Assembly: GCA_964016885.1 (NCBI GenBank)
Contig: OZ024752.1
Span: 14,632,001-14,696,000 of the forward strand
Direction of reading: 5' to 3'
DNA length: 64,000 nt
DNA from: Eledone cirrhosa
Taxonomy: Eukaryota
Below the pieces are notes generated by a model. The model was not told the DNA's origin and did no database searches. It saw only the letters and a program-made list of their open reading frames with translations. Within the stretch, counting starts at the first letter, position 1; each line of letters opens with the position of its first letter. The position numbers were made by a program, and so were the translations under genes. Positions 40,134 through 56,728 of this stretch are shown here, one piece after another.

Positions 40134-41023
40134 ATATACATGTATATATATAAATTAGCGAGAATCGCATTTCAGCTTTTGGAAATTAGCGAAAAACAAC
40201 TTCTGAATTGTGTGGTAAGCGCTGAATAGATACGAGTGAACTAAGCTTACGTTAAAAGGCCAATCACATTGAGACGATGGTTAAACCATTAACCGCAAAG
40301 CCATAGAAACGACCAAGCTATTCGGGTCAAACAAATAATGAAATATGATTGAAAAATTTACCCGGACCGTCTCGGAAACAGTGGTAAAATCCAATATGGG
40401 GTTTCTGCAACTCCTAAATCAGGTACTGTCTGCTTAAACAAATAATGCTAAGCTTTTGGTATGATGATCGAACAAGGAAGTCACTTTTACAAAAGGCATT
40501 TTGTTCTATGCAAAGCTAAGGTACTCACCGTGGTCTGAACCCATGTGCGGACACAGAAGAGAGAGAATCCCTAGTATTGGCGGATGAATTCAGTATGTGT
40601 GGTTATTGCACTATATCACCAAACGAATTAAGCTCTCGACAGAATAGTTTTAAAATTAAAATACGTTATTAAACAGTCATTAGAATTAACTAAAAGAAAT
40701 CAAAAAAAATTAACTGGTTAATAGCTGGGCTCTGGAGATTAATAATTATTAACAAATGAAAGATATTCACAAAATCAAAATATGTGCTTTATTATATATA
40801 TTTCAAAGGTACTGTGTTGTTCTTTTCAGTACATCCTCATTTAGATAAAATATGATTTGATATGACATACCGCTACAGTCTTGATTATACAGATTCAGTA
40901 TTGGCGGTTATCATTATATTAGTTATATATATATATATTATTATATTGGTTATATATATATGTGTGTGTGTAAAAGAGACATTGAGTGAAAAACAGGTCT
41001 AAAGTTAAATCTTGTGTGTGTAT

Positions 41024-41255
<232 letters not shown>

Positions 41256-41746
41256 TGCATTACTACAATGTATTCTAAAATGTATTAGCAGCAATAGAAA
41301 AACAGTGTGTATACTATCCAGAGATATGGGAACGTGTAAACAGGAGTGAACTCTTATTAAACATAAATACAACAGCTGATAGTTAAATCATACGCGTTGC
41401 TTGACAATTCGGTTTCCATTAACATATTACATTAGAAAATGTTCATTATGAGATGGCGTTAATTAAACATGACATTGCACATATTACACTACTTTAATTA
41501 GACATTACAGTAATTTTACGTTTAACACAGTTACTATAAGTGATATAGAGAATCGGGACAGTGTATTAAATATTGGATGATCTCTAATGGATATCCAACA
41601 TTTTTTAGCTTTATTATCAGTTAATGGATCCATTGCCCTCGAGTGTAAATGTGTAAATGTCAGCAATGTATATATAATAGCTTATAGTTTGCGATGTCAC
41701 ACTTGTAGGTTTCTTTTCATCATAAATGCAGACCCACACAGACATA

Positions 41747-41777
<31 letters not shown>

Positions 41778-41794
41778 TTATCTATATATATACT

Positions 41795-41853
<59 letters not shown>

Positions 41854-42227
41854 TACATACAGAGAGAGAGAAGTAGTATTGTGTGTTTGAATGCATGCGC
41901 ATGTAACTTTACCTTATATATATATATATATATATATGATTTAATCCGGCTTAAGCACTCGACGTTGTGCATATCAAAGTAAGATCTGGGATCACGTACG
42001 TTAGTCCTCATCGGATTACTGGTATGTTAATAAATATAAAGTCACGCTTCTATTTTTCCATATTTCAATTTTTTTAATAACAACTTTTCAGAGACATCAG
42101 GTAATATTTATGTAAGTATAACTTATTCCGGGTGGGTTTGCTTATCAGACGTTATTTTCCAAAGTCGGTGAAATACGGATCAAAATATGAGTTTTCCATT
42201 TCGCATTTCATCTGGCATGTTCGTCTA

Positions 42228-42931
42228 GTACTGGCAACAACACGACGGTAACATAGACAACATAGACATTAGAATAATATCTAAACATAGAAATGACCCA
42301 GCAGATAGGCAAATCAGAGAGGCCAGTGAAATAGAACTTAGAAGGCCAAGGCTAAACAGAAAGAATGAATCGAATAACAACGACACCCAAACAAACAACA
42401 CTGACCTAAGAGAAGTATAAATAAATAAATAGATAAATAAATAAATAAATACATACACAAGCACAATAACAACAAATACATATAAACACACACTAGTTAA
42501 GATAGAAGACATTAACCAATACACTGTCACCCAATCACGAACACACATCAAACAGAACACTATACACACACGCAAACGCATGCGCAAAGAAGACAAAATA
42601 AAATAAACAAATAAATAAATATATAAACAGACTAAATAAAGATGGCGTAGAAAAAATACAATGCAACGGGAGGAAACAATAGCACCACTGACGATGTTGC
42701 AGATCTGCAACGAAAGAACTTTGATAAACTATATATATGTGTTTATGTCTATATTGTATCTGTATTATTTTTGACCGATGGTCAGTCAATGGCAACATTG
42801 AGGACCGAATAAATTAGATTACCGATAAAAAAGACACAGAAGCGAAAAGCGAAAACCAACCAAACAGTGAGTGTGTTCTGTTATTCATTCTCGCAATATT
42901 ACACAAATATGACCCTCCCCAAGTATAACAA
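42228..42931 (+). mobile_element. Penelope-like element 3' end (GIY-YIG C-terminus + pLTR), relative of 8250-9183
   Basis: HDGNIDNIDIRIISKHRNDPADRQIREASEIELRRPRLNRK; HHR at 42684-42725 (CUGACGA, GUUGCA/UGCAAC, GAAA); shared terminus. Confidence 0.82.
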
Positions 42932-45900
42932 TATATATCTATATATATATAGATATAGATATAGATATATCCTGAAGCATGTGAAGTCACATGCAAAGAC
43001 CACGGCTGCTCAATGTCGAATATATTCTTTTTAAATATATTTATACCTTACTGAATATATCTTTTTTTATCATATACATACATATTATATTCTACGACTT
43101 TCTGTATATACGCATCTATAATGACATGTGGCAGCACACCATCTTTATTTGAGATGTCGTAAAGTACGTAAATTATGACCACCTAGGTGACGAGCCATAA
43201 ATTGAAACTGGAAAACATCCTGATGCATTTCTAGCTAACCTTTAGCCATAAATACAAAGTACTGAAGTGCAATTCGTAAAATAAATAAACTCTTAACATA
43301 AAAGTTTATTACCTCAGATGTCAGAGGGCTGAGAATTGCCGGAGATATAGTGAGCAAGAGTGAATCACAATAGATGTTCGGCAGCATTTGAAACCAGGCT
43401 TCATTAGCAACTTTAGTGAACTTCCCCCTCCTCATTCTTTCATGACACTAGAGACCTTACCCGTTTTTTTAAAAAATACTTTCTTATATTATATCCCATT
43501 CTTTCTTCCCAGTCTATTGTTTTTTTTATTACTTTTTCTATTAAATTGTTTTTACTAATATGTAAATAAAACTTTATCTATAATAAACTGTCAACACACC
43601 CACTAACATGATCGAAGTTTGTACTTTCTAAGCCTACATTCTTTGATCTTCACATCACCAACTTTCTAAAATTACGTCTACGGAGCAGACACTCGACTTT
43701 AGACATGTTAAACGTAACATTGGGTGACATTTCTGAAATGTGTACATAACAGTTGTTGGTCAATGAATTGAGGTATGGAAAAATAGAACCGTCTCTTCAT
43801 ATTTAACACACACACACTCATATATATACACGGACACACGCACACGGACAAACGCACACGGATATACACGCACACGCGCAGACACGCACACGTACGCACA
43901 CAATCCGGAACAAGACAGAATGCATCCAATAAAAGGTGCAGTGTAGTTATTGCTTAAAACTTCACGAATATATAATAAATAAGGCGGCTAGGACGGTTGA
44001 TTATGAACATTATGAAGCAACCTGTGATGGCGCTTACACACCGGAGCTTCATTGCATTACGAAAATCACGTGCTGCACAACCAAGGGGGACTAATTTCTA
44101 ACTAAAAATGAAAACATCTTTCGTTATTGCTGAGAACATTTGGTTGCCTGATATCAAAATTCGAAATATAGCTTAAATTTATGTCAGTGTTTAGTATCTG
44201 ACCTTGTGTGTCACTTAATCTATGTACCAATGAATTTTCCTTAAAAGTAGGACTTTATCGGTTCGTAGGAGTTACCAGTTATCTTTCATTTCAGGTTCAT
44301 TGCACATCGCGTATATCATACTAAACATTGACAGGATTGTACATTCAACGGGTTTCCAACTGCTATGGTTGACATTTTAAAAGCTTGAGAATAGTATAAA
44401 TGTTGATAGAAGCATGTATCAGTTCGTTATACTAATCTGTTTATGGTTTAGTGAATATAAATCTAGAGTTACACACTTTTCACAGTGGATACCAGTTTAC
44501 CAATTTGATTTTGAAATAAAACTTCATTTCATCACAGGTTTTCACTTTACTGTGCTTTCTTATTCTTATTCTTCTTTTCCTTTTTTCTTTTTTCTTCTTC
44601 TTCTGTGTCTTCTATCTGTTGGCCTCCCCTCCTTAAAATCTGTCCAGCTATTCTTTCCTGTGACAATCTATCCACATGCCCGTAGTATCAGAGCTACAAC
44701 CTCTCAATTCGGAGAAGTAGCGGCAACGTGGAGTGATTTTCATGTAAAAATGTATGATGGAAATCGTTTCACGTTACGATTATTTCAACACCGTGGTAAA
44801 TATGCTCACTGTATGTAACGGTGTGTACACAGTTACCGCGCTGTATATTAGTATGGCACAAGCTATTGAGTCTAGATGCTATTGTTTGATTTGTATTACA
44901 TTCTATTCAGAAGACAATGATATATGTCATCGAGGGCATTTTACCTTAATTGTTTGTATGGAAAGACCGGTGTAGGCTCTTGAGAGATTTGTCAACCCTA
45001 CAATTACAGCTGGTCTTTAAAATACTTTTTGTTGATTATTTTGTGTAAAAGAATGGATTACGTAATAAACGGTGTATGGTAGGGCTGTATTTTTATTTAT
45101 GATTGTAATTTTCATAGATATGATAGTTAAGCTGGCGAATTTGTTCTGTTTCTCAGTTTTGTGTCCTATGGGGAGGATGGCTCTGTTATTTTGAATGTCA
45201 TGTTAAAATCACTTCTGATATGATGTGTATCTTCTCAGCCAGCTGCAATTTATGCGTGTTGTTATTAATATATAAAGTTCTTGTTAGGGTCTAGATAAAT
45301 TATCCGTATTTATATTCAGTATCATTTGCAAAGTAAGCATATGTTCCTTATAATTATAGTTACCGTAATTTTGAAGTCAGTCTCATTACAAGTGGTAATC
45401 ATTGTGTGTCTGGGATGGCCCATACCATATTAATGTTATAATATAGAACAATGCCATCATCTCAGTAATGTAATCTTGGTATTATATATTATTCTGATGT
45501 TTCTCGTGCATTGCTTTCGAAACTATTTATGTATAATTTCATTTCCATGGGATATTCACGATATCCATATAACATTATATTTGAAACATAAAATCAAGCT
45601 GAGGCATGAAGTGAATCTTGACATTTTCAAACAAATAATATATATTGCACGAGATGACACATGAATACAACATACATAATATATATTTACTTTTAGCAAC
45701 CAATAATATATATTGCAATATATGACACAAGAATCCAACAGAGAACTCGTATTGAATTTTACCAAAACCTCGAATTTTATTATTAAATAAAGTGGAGCTG
45801 TTTCAGACGAAGATAATGCTGCTTCTAGGTGTGACTCACATTGTCTGTGATAACCAACTCAGAGTTGAAGTATGGCGTCATCTTCAATTAAGACATCTTT

Positions 45901-46028
45901 TTAACTCTAGACCAGCTTCAACCTCTTATTGATCGAAACATTTTAAAACATAAATCAATACATCAGCATCACAAACGCACGAATATAAACTCACACATAT
46001 ATAGACATTGCTACACATATATATGCGT

Positions 46029-46105
<77 letters not shown>

Positions 46106-46264
46106 TCAGAGCTCAATACATTCATACTTATTGCAGTTCATATATAGACATGTCTAAACACACACATAAACCTATTCACAGTCTTACAGGCACATTCTAA
46201 TAGAGAGCCAAGTACATCAACGCACAAGAATAAAAACAAAATCAATACAGAAGCAAAAATACAT

Positions 46265-46325
<61 letters not shown>

Positions 46326-46340
46326 TTATATATATATATA

Positions 46341-46530
46341 GGTACCACACGGCTGAACTCTTACCGTTTCAACAGCCTAACTCCTGTCTGCAACTAGCTG
46401 TTGAAACAGCAAGCGCTCAGCCGCCGGGTCCTGGATTTTTATAATATAACCATACTCTACTACACCCAGTATCAAGTACTCTGTTGAGTAATGGTCTAAG
46501 CAGCCTCAAACGTAATATATCCGGAATTAC
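46341..46530 (+). mobile_element. Diverged hairpin pLTR derivative related to the 22089 family
   Basis: CGGCTGAACTCTTACCGTTTCAACAGC / GCTGTTGAAACAGCAAGCGCTCAGCCG palindrome then ACTCTACTAC..GTATCAAGTACT. Confidence 0.6.
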
Positions 46531-49029
46531 ATGCACGCATGCACGCGCACACAGACGGGTGAACAAGACATTGGCTATAAATATTTGGGGATCTTGGAAC
46601 GTGATTATATTTTGCATGCGCTCATGTGGAGATTGTGTAGCATATTGTCGGCGCCTGTGAAATATTAGCACAAAAGAATAAAAAAGAAAGCATGACGAGG
46701 TCTGTGATAAACTGCATCTGGTATCGCTGCAATACAAACCCCAACCGACGAATCACGAGTAGTGAAGGCCAATGCAAGTGTATGAAAGGGATCGTGAATA
46801 ACTGCTGTGAAACATTTTAATCCGGCTTTAGTTAGGCCTCTTGCAACAACGACGCCTATACATTTTACGGCCGTTAAAATAGTTGAACTGTAAAATATTA
46901 ATTATAGTGCCCCGAACTATTTTATATGTATTAAATATTAATAAATCTATGTGCTTACAAAACATCCTTAGATAATTAGATCTGAGAAACTCTCAATACG
47001 AACATTTAGCTCCTCTGTAAATCCTTTGAAATGGTTCTTCCTGTGATATTATGTTGATTATATTTATGACAATTAAATGTATCAACTTGCCTATTAATTC
47101 TCCTGTCAATGCAGATTATCTGTTTCCCTTGGTTTCCGGACCTTACCGTATTTTCTACCGATCTCTTTGTGAAATATTACTTACCGCGATAAGAGATGTG
47201 TAATTTAGTGAAGAGTTTCTATGCTTGACTTTCGTTTGTTTTTGTTATGTACATGTCCTTTTTGTTTTTAAGATTAAATGGATGTCTTCAGAAATGTCTG
47301 TACAGCATAGCTCATATTGCTTAATCTCATAACGTTTAACCTCGGATAATTTGGAACTCATTAAGCGTTGGAGTTGTGTATGTACAGTTCCAGATCTCCA
47401 TTGATCAAAGACCTTCTTCCCCACTTCCTTCCATATATAAAACTACCATAATGCCTGGAGAGATGGAGAACAGGAAAGATGGAGGCAGTGACAGTGAGAG
47501 TTTGGTTCTTTTGTGTTTGGAGTTTGTATATATGTATAAATTTCAGACACACGCTCATGTATGTGACCCTAACCACTAGATTATTACAGATATAAATAAA
47601 TACATCATTAACCCTTTCATTACCATATTTCTAACGAAAGACACTGTCTACGTCATTAACCATTACATTTATCGGATATGATTTCTTGAAACAGTCTAAT
47701 ATTCTTTACAGTATTCTACTACAATTTCAAATTTTTCAAATGGTTATGTAGAAGACTCTTCGTTGGTTTCAGGCTATAAGTACACACGTAGAAGGGAAAA
47801 CTTTTACACGTTAGGAGCATCTTCAGCATATTAGAGTAACCACATATCCTGTCGCCTTTGTGCTGAATTGTACAAAATGTATGTAAACATTTAGATACTT
47901 GATATATACAGTTACTGTTTTCAGTTCCTCCGAAATACGTTAAGAGAAACTGGCTTATGATATTAACCTATATTTTCCTCATAAATATAATCTTGGTTCG
48001 TTATCTATTCGGATCCGTATACATCTCTGCACGACTGACGGAAGTCAAAATCGCTTGATATTGAATGTTCAGTTAATTTAAAGCAGGGTGAAAATGTCGA
48101 TTACTTTCAGGGTTTTTTTTTTTTTACAATTTTTGCGCTCACATGTGTAGAAGAAGAATTAACAGGGCCTTTATCTTAACCGGGGTATAATGGCGAGTCT
48201 TTTGTGACAGTTTTCAAGAATATAGGACGTTCCTGTAAAAAGTTTTCCCATGTGTAACTTTGCCTTGTTTTTTTGCGCAAAGTCGAGCCCCGCTTCAGTT
48301 TGATTGATTTTTTTTACATCAATGCGTGATCTCTGAAGTAGATTTGAGTAGCTAAAAACCTGTCCCGGTAAATTTGGTATAGGTGAAAAAAAGTTGATCA
48401 AAATTGTATCTAGGGTTATTGCCCTTTGCCACAGCCTCAAACCTCGTCTCACGGGATGTTGGTGATTCCTCCGTCAGCGCTTGTTGGCGACGAAGGCGAA
48501 CATCAGCAAGCCTTGTCGTACGTGATGTTGGTGACTCAACCAGCCGGGAAAGACGTCTATCAGCGTGTCGAGATTCGCGCTCAGCAGGTGTTTCCTAGAG
48601 AAAATTAATTAATTCTACTGGTAAGCAATGGCAGTGTCAATATTAAATGAGAAAAGTCTAACATGAACAAAAGGGAATCAAGGTAAGACAATACATTTAA
48701 TATAACTACGATTAGAATGTTGTAGTTGCTTAAAAGTGGTGACAGTTAGGATAAACGCAGTACTTGCTAACATTAAGGGAGAATATTGCATAAAGGATTA
48801 ATCAATTGTGAATGAATTCATACCTGAGAACGCCTAATTCGTTGTCTCAAAGCAGTAGCTGTACCTTTTTTGGAGGTAAGTCTTGAACGTTTCCGTGTGG
48901 GCATAACGACGTGTAACGAAGCTGTTAGGTTAGAGAGAGGTGATTAAATACAGAGAGAGATGACACCAGATTCGTTAGCATGGTTACTGGTGAATGGAAA
49001 GGTTTGGAAATATGATTACAATAACTTAC

Positions 49030-49282
49030 CGAATTTTCCGGTCTATAAATTGCACTTAAAATAATTAAATTTAATCAAAAAACAGCTCTGCGCTTTATAC
49101 TCCGGTGAGCCTTATGTATGAATAATACAATGGTAATCAATCACGGTTCTAACAGAAGTAATAGATCTAGACTAAAAGTAAAGAAGATAGCATTTTCCTG
49201 GTTGGCCTTACACTCCATTGCGCGGACCTGATTTTAAATGATACGCCTTATATCCTGGTGAGCCTCATAGAGCGGAAAATAT
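49030..49282. mobile_element. pogo/Tigger-like MITE
   Basis: TACCGAATTTTCCGGTCTATAA / TCATAGAGCGGAAAATATC TIR-like ends with subterminal GCGCYTTATA..CCGGTGAGCC repeats. Confidence 0.55.
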
Positions 49283-50391
49283 CTATTGGAAAAGAATACG
49301 AATTCATGACCAAGGTGTGACAAAATAGACGTCTATACAGCGCCTGAAACAAACTTGTCCAAAACCCTAGGATTTTTCTCGTTAAGTATCCACACAAAAG
49401 AAACCGTTTTTTAGTTACAAAAAATAACCAAAGTGTATAGTAGCTAGATTTCTGACATATCATGCCAAAAAGAACAATATATTCAAAAAATGTTCTAAAT
49501 TACATTCAATCTCTCTTTTTGACCGATATCTTAATAAGCAAGTTATCTATTTTTTATTGGCTGTCAGTGTCTATCTGCATGCAGGTGTGCACGTGTGCGC
49601 AATTAATTGCAAATACGCTCATAACATTTAGTCGTAAGCAGAACAAAAAATGCCATTAGAGGTGGGCTAATAATGAAGACACAAACCCTGGTGAACTTAC
49701 GTTTAAACACCCGAAAAGTTACTCACTTCCTGTGCAAAAGACTGTATTATAAATTAAGTAATTTTTTAGAAACTTTTGTTTAAAAAAGGAAAACATTGGT
49801 ACGGACATAACATTGTTTACACCTTTGTATGTGTACAATACAACTTGGTCAACGTATTATTTAGTAATTTTTTTTTTCAAAAAGCATGATTATTTAAGAC
49901 TGTTTGAAAATTTACTCACAGCTTTTAGCATCACAAAAAACACCATTAAATTTGGTTCCCTTTTCAGATAGGGATAATACTGTATTTCCACTTGAATAAG
50001 GTGGAATATGAAAAGATAAACTCTTTAATGGTCGGTCGTTTACTGAGACAGCTGGGAAGACATGCAGCTGGCCGTCCAATCAATAACGCACGTCCTTATA
50101 TGGGCATATGAAATTTATTTTTATTGCGCCAGATGTAAACTAAGAGTTCTTGTGTTCGAATTCACATAACATTTCATTGGAATCGAAAAACATTGTCATT
50201 GAGCCAGATTATCGATTTTTCGAAAATTTCAAGTAGCCTATACCACTCGACGCGTTGAGTTTTATATATGTGTGAGGTTTCATGAAAGTTGGATGAATGG
50301 TGTAGCATGCAAATTCGGAAAACCAAAAAATGTCCATTTTCCCTTTATATATATAGATATATATATATGTATATATATATATATGTGTATA

Positions 50392-50427
<36 letters not shown>

Positions 50428-50499
50428 CATGTGTATATATATGTATATATATATATATATGTGTATATATATATATATGTGCATATATATATATATGTG

Positions 50500-50530
<31 letters not shown>

Positions 50531-50649
50531 GTGTATATATATATATATATGTGTATATATATATATATATATGTGTATATATATATATATATATGTGTGT
50601 ATATATATATATGTGCATATATATATATGTGTGTATATATATATGTATG

Positions 50650-50682
<33 letters not shown>

Positions 50683-50753
50683 GTATATGTATATATGAAT
50701 ATGTATATATGTATATGTATATATGAATATGTATATATGTATATGTATATATG

Positions 50754-50784
<31 letters not shown>

Positions 50785-50829
50785 GTATATAGATATATGT
50801 ATATATGTATATATGTATATGTATATATG

Positions 50830-50863
<34 letters not shown>

Positions 50864-50891
50864 TATGTGTATATATATATATATGTATATA

Positions 50892-50924
<33 letters not shown>

Positions 50925-51065
50925 ATATATATATGTGTATATATGTATATATATATGTATATATATATGTATATATGTATATATATATATGTATATATAT
51001 ATGTATATATATATGTATATATATATATGTATATATATATTTATATATATATGTATATATATATG

Positions 51066-51102
<37 letters not shown>

Positions 51103-51597
51103 GTATATATGTATATGTATATGTATATATATATATATGTATATATGTGTATATATATGTGTATATATATATATATATGTATATATGTGTATATATATAT
51201 GTATATATATGTGTATATATATGTGTATATATATGAGTATATATATATGTGTATATATATGAGTATATATATATGTATATATATATGTGTATATATATAT
51301 CTGTATATATATATGTGTATATATATATGTGTATGTATATATGTGTATATATATATATGTGTATATATATATATATATATGTGTATATATATATATGTGC
51401 ATATATATATATGTGTGTATATATATATGTATGTATATATATATATGTATATATATATATGTATATATATATATGTATATGTATATATGAATATGTATAT
51501 ATGTATATGTATATATGAATATGTATATATGTATATGTATATATGTATATATATATATGTATATATATATATATGTATATATGTATATGTATATATG

Positions 51598-51652
<55 letters not shown>

Positions 51653-51829
51653 GTATATATGTATATATATATATATATGTATATATGTATATATATATAT
51701 GTGTATATATGTATATATATATGTATATATATATGTATATATGTATATATATATGTATATATATATGTATATATATATGTATATATATATATGTATATAT
51801 ATATTTATATATATATGTATATATATATG

Positions 51830-51860
<31 letters not shown>

Positions 51861-52429
51861 GTAAAGTTATATTTAAAATTGTTGGGTTACAACTAGTAAA
51901 TATTTATAACTGATATAAAAGCACTCGACAAATATTTGGAGTATATTTACAAAATTAAATAAATGGAAAACTATATTTATAAAAACCATATTTATTTCAT
52001 TATATATATTTCGGGGATATCATATTAACAATATGCTATGCCTTCATCAGACAAAATACAATATAAACAGTTTTATAGATAAATATATTCGACATACCGT
52101 AATAAACATCAACTTCATTTGAAGAGGTTTACGCTAGCAGTGAAAATACAGAGAGAAAGAGAGAGAGAAAGAAAAGAGGGAAAAACGAAAGAAAGAAAGA
52201 CAAAACGAAGAAAAGGAAGAAAAAGAAGAAAAAGAAGAAAAAGAAAAAGAAGAAATGCATGGAACAAAATAGAGAGATGGAAAAATAGATAAAGCGAAGA
52301 GCTTCATGTAAAGAGACAGAAAGATATATATATATATAGAGAGAGAGAGGAAATAGAGATAGATACATATATATATATAGAAAATTAGGTAGTGGGAGGT
52401 CATTTTGAGTAAGTGTATCAATGATACAT

Positions 52430-52464
<35 letters not shown>

Positions 52465-53818
52465 GCTCAAGTATTAATGTAAGGGAGATATATAGAGAGA
52501 TATAGAGAGATATAGAGAGAGAAAAAAATTTAAAAATAGCCAGACATATTCGAGGCGTAGAAAACCCTATGTTTTAATGTATTAGTATTTATAAAACTTA
52601 CACTATATTGTAAATATCAGTATTCCTGAATGAAACAAGTATTCACAATTCATTATCTTATGTTTAGTTTTAAAAAATTCATATGTCTATGTGACAGCTA
52701 CAAATCTCAATGTGAATCCAACTGATTCACTCCGCAAACTCTAAGTTATCGGAAAACATTCTCAATGTGGTATAAAAATTTGAGCGTATTATTATTCTTG
52801 CGATTACTCTACAAGATTATCTATCAAGCAGAAATAGAGCGCAGATTTCAATATACTAATCGAAAATATATATTATATTATAAACAAAGATAACCATAAT
52901 AATAATAATAAGTAAAAATATATAAAAATATAGAATAGAAAACTAAAAAAATATTACGAAAGAATATTACATAATAAAAATATTGCATATTAAAAATACT
53001 ACGTATTAAAAAATATTACGTATTAAAAATTTACATATAAAAATATTAAAAATAAAATTAAAAATAAAAATAAAAATGAAAATAAAAATAAACCACAAAG
53101 AACAACCCTTCAAAGTTAATTGACAATATATTGCCAAGTTCACTACAAGACAAAGCCAAAATTATCTATCAAATCACATCTAGCAAAGAATATCGTAAAA
53201 AGATTATGAAGTCCAATAATGTCTACATATGTTCCTATGTTTAATATAGAAGTTTATCTAGTGTAAGGTTAATTCAAAAAATTTGGAGCATCGGCTTTTA
53301 GGGTAGCTTAATTTTTCATGAGGAATGTTTAGATAAAAATAAAAATAAATAAAATAAAATAAACAATAAAAAGAGTAAAACGAGGGAATCAAAGATTTAG
53401 GAATCAAAAGATTTATCGGCTAGTTCTCATATAAATATAAATCAAACTAAATATACTACATTTTAAATTTAAATTTATATTTAAACGTTGAGTTTAATCT
53501 ATGTTTGCAACAACTGAATAAATTTGTCCGTAGGTTAAGGGAATTTTTAGATTTTAGTATAAAGAATATCTCCTCTGCGCAGAGGTCACATGTCTTTTTT
53601 AAAAAACTAAACATAAGATAATGAATTTTCACGCATTGTGAATACTTGTTTCATTCAGGAATACTGATATTTACAATATAGTGTAAGTTTTATAAATACT
53701 AATACATTAAAACATAGGGTTCTCTACGCCTCGAATATGTCTGGCTATTTTTAAATTTTTTCTCTCTCTATATCTCTCTATATCTCTCTATATATCTCCC
53801 TTACATTAATACTCGAGC

Positions 53819-53853
<35 letters not shown>

Positions 53854-54332
53854 ATGCATCATTGATACACTTACTCAAAATGACCTCCCACTACCTAATT
53901 TTTCTATATCTATATTTATATATGTATCTATCTCTACTTCCTCTCTCTCTATATATATATCTCTTTCTGTCTCTTTACATGAAGCTATTCGCTTTATCTA
54001 TTTTTCCATCTCTCTATTTTGTTCCATGCATTTCTTCTTTTTCTTTTTCTTCTTTTTCTTCTTTTTCTTCCTTTTCTTCGTTTTGTCTTTCTTTCTTTCG
54101 TTTTTCCCTCTTTTCTTTCTCTCTCTCTTTCTCTCTGTATTTTCACTGCTAGCGTAAACCTCTTCAAATGAAGTTGATGTTTATTACGGTATGTCGAATA
54201 TATTTATCTATAAAACTGTTTATATTGTATTTTGTCTGATGAAGGCATAGCATATTGTTAATATGATATCCCCGAAATATATATAATGAAATAAATATGG
54301 TTTTATAAATATAGTTTTCAATTTATTTAATA
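51861..54332. mobile_element. Large fold-back element, ~725-bp inverted arms (51954-52677 / 53595-54332)
   Basis: Reverse-complement arms with few mismatches; HHR in each arm. Confidence 0.9.
54231..54290 (+). ncRNA. Minimal type I hammerhead (other copies 51996-52055 minus, 58377-58436 plus)
   Basis: UUUGU-CUGAUGA-AGGCAUAGCAUAUU/AAUAUGAUAUCCCC-GAAA-UAUAUA-UA-AUGAA. Confidence 0.75.
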
Positions 54333-54867
54333 TGTATATATATATATATATGTATATATGTATATGTATATGTATATATATATATATATGTATATATGTG
54401 TATATATATGTGTATATATATATATATATGTATATATGTGTATATATATATGTATATATATGTGTATATATATGTGTATATATATGAGTATATATATATG
54501 TGTATATATATGAGTATATATATATGTATATATATATGTGTATATATATATGTGTATATATATATGTGTATATATATATGTATATGTATATATGTGTATA
54601 TATATATATGTGTATATATATATATGTATATATGTGTATATATATATATGTATATATGTGTATATATATATATGTATATATGTGTATATATAGATATGTA
54701 TGTATATGTATATATGTGTATATATGTTTATATATATATATATATGTATATATATATGTATATATATATATATATATATATGTATATGTATATATATATG
54801 TATATGTATATATATATGTATATGTATATGTATATGTATATATATATATATATGTATATATATGTAT

Positions 54868-54988
<121 letters not shown>

Positions 54989-54994
54989 GATATG

Positions 54995-55027
<33 letters not shown>

Positions 55028-55061
55028 GTGTATATATATATATATGTATATATATATATTG

Positions 55062-55108
<47 letters not shown>

Positions 55109-55506
55109 GTATATTATATATGTGTATATGTATATATATATGTATATATATATATATGTGTATATGTATATATATATATATATGTGTATATATATATGTA
55201 TATATATATATATGTGTATATGTATATATATATATATATGTGTATATATATATATATATGTGTATATTATATATATATATGTGTATATGTATATATATAT
55301 ATGTGTATATGTAATATATATATGTATATATGTTATATATATATATATATGTGTATATGTATATATATATATGTATATATGTATATATATATATATGTGT
55401 ATATGTATATATATATATATGTATATATATGTATATGTATATATATTATATATATATATATATATGTGTATATATATATATATGTGTATATATATATATA
55501 TATGTG

Positions 55507-55537
<31 letters not shown>

Positions 55538-55592
55538 GTATATATCTCTATATATATATATGTATATATGTGTATATATATATGTATATATC

Positions 55593-55649
<57 letters not shown>

Positions 55650-55700
55650 CTATATATATATATATATATATCTATATATATATATATATATGTATATATC

Positions 55701-55751
<51 letters not shown>

Positions 55752-56693
55752 CTATATATATATATATGTATATATCTATATATATATGTATATATCTATA
55801 TATATGTATATATATCTATATATATGTATATATATCTATATATATATATATATGTATATATATCTATATATATGTATATATATCTATATATATATATATA
55901 TATGTATATGTATATATATATATGTATATATCTATATATATATATATGTATATATATATAATATATATATATATATATGTATATATCTATGTATATATAT
56001 ATATCTATATATGTATATATATATGTATATATGTACATATATGTATAATGTATATATATATATTGTATATATATATATATATGTATATGTATATATGTAT
56101 ATGTTATATATGTATATATGTATATATGTATATATGTATATGTATATATGTATATGTATTTATGTATATGTATATATGTATATGTATATATATGTATATG
56201 TATATATATATGTATATATGTATATGTGTATATATATATGTATATATGTATATGTGTATATATATATGTATATATGTATATGTGTATATGTATATGTATA
56301 TATGTATATATGTATATGTATATATGCATATATGTATATATATGTATATATGTATATGCATATATGTAAGTATATGTATATATATGTATATATGTATATA
56401 TATGTATATATATATATATATATATGTATGTATATATATGTATATATATATGTATATATGAATATATATGTATATATATATATATGTATATATGTAAATG
56501 TATATGTATATATATATATGTATATGTATATATGTATGTATATGTATTATGTATGTATATATATGTATGTATATATGTATATATGTATGTATATATGTAT
56601 ATATGTATGTATATATGTATATATGTATGTATATATGTATATATGTATATATATATATATGTATATGTATATGTGTATATGTATATATATATG

Positions 56694-56728
<35 letters not shown>

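Noticed and set aside
47376-47579. Possible coding exon (FQISIDQRPSSPLPS...)
   Set aside because: No recognisable homology or confident splice pair; the same applies to 43235-43435
48170-48610. GC-richer segment resembling a DNA-transposon interior
   Set aside because: Could not pair termini or identify a protein motif
52805-53180. KIIYQ-like GIY-YIG starts inside the 51861 fold-back spacer
   Set aside because: Too short and degraded to support a coding call
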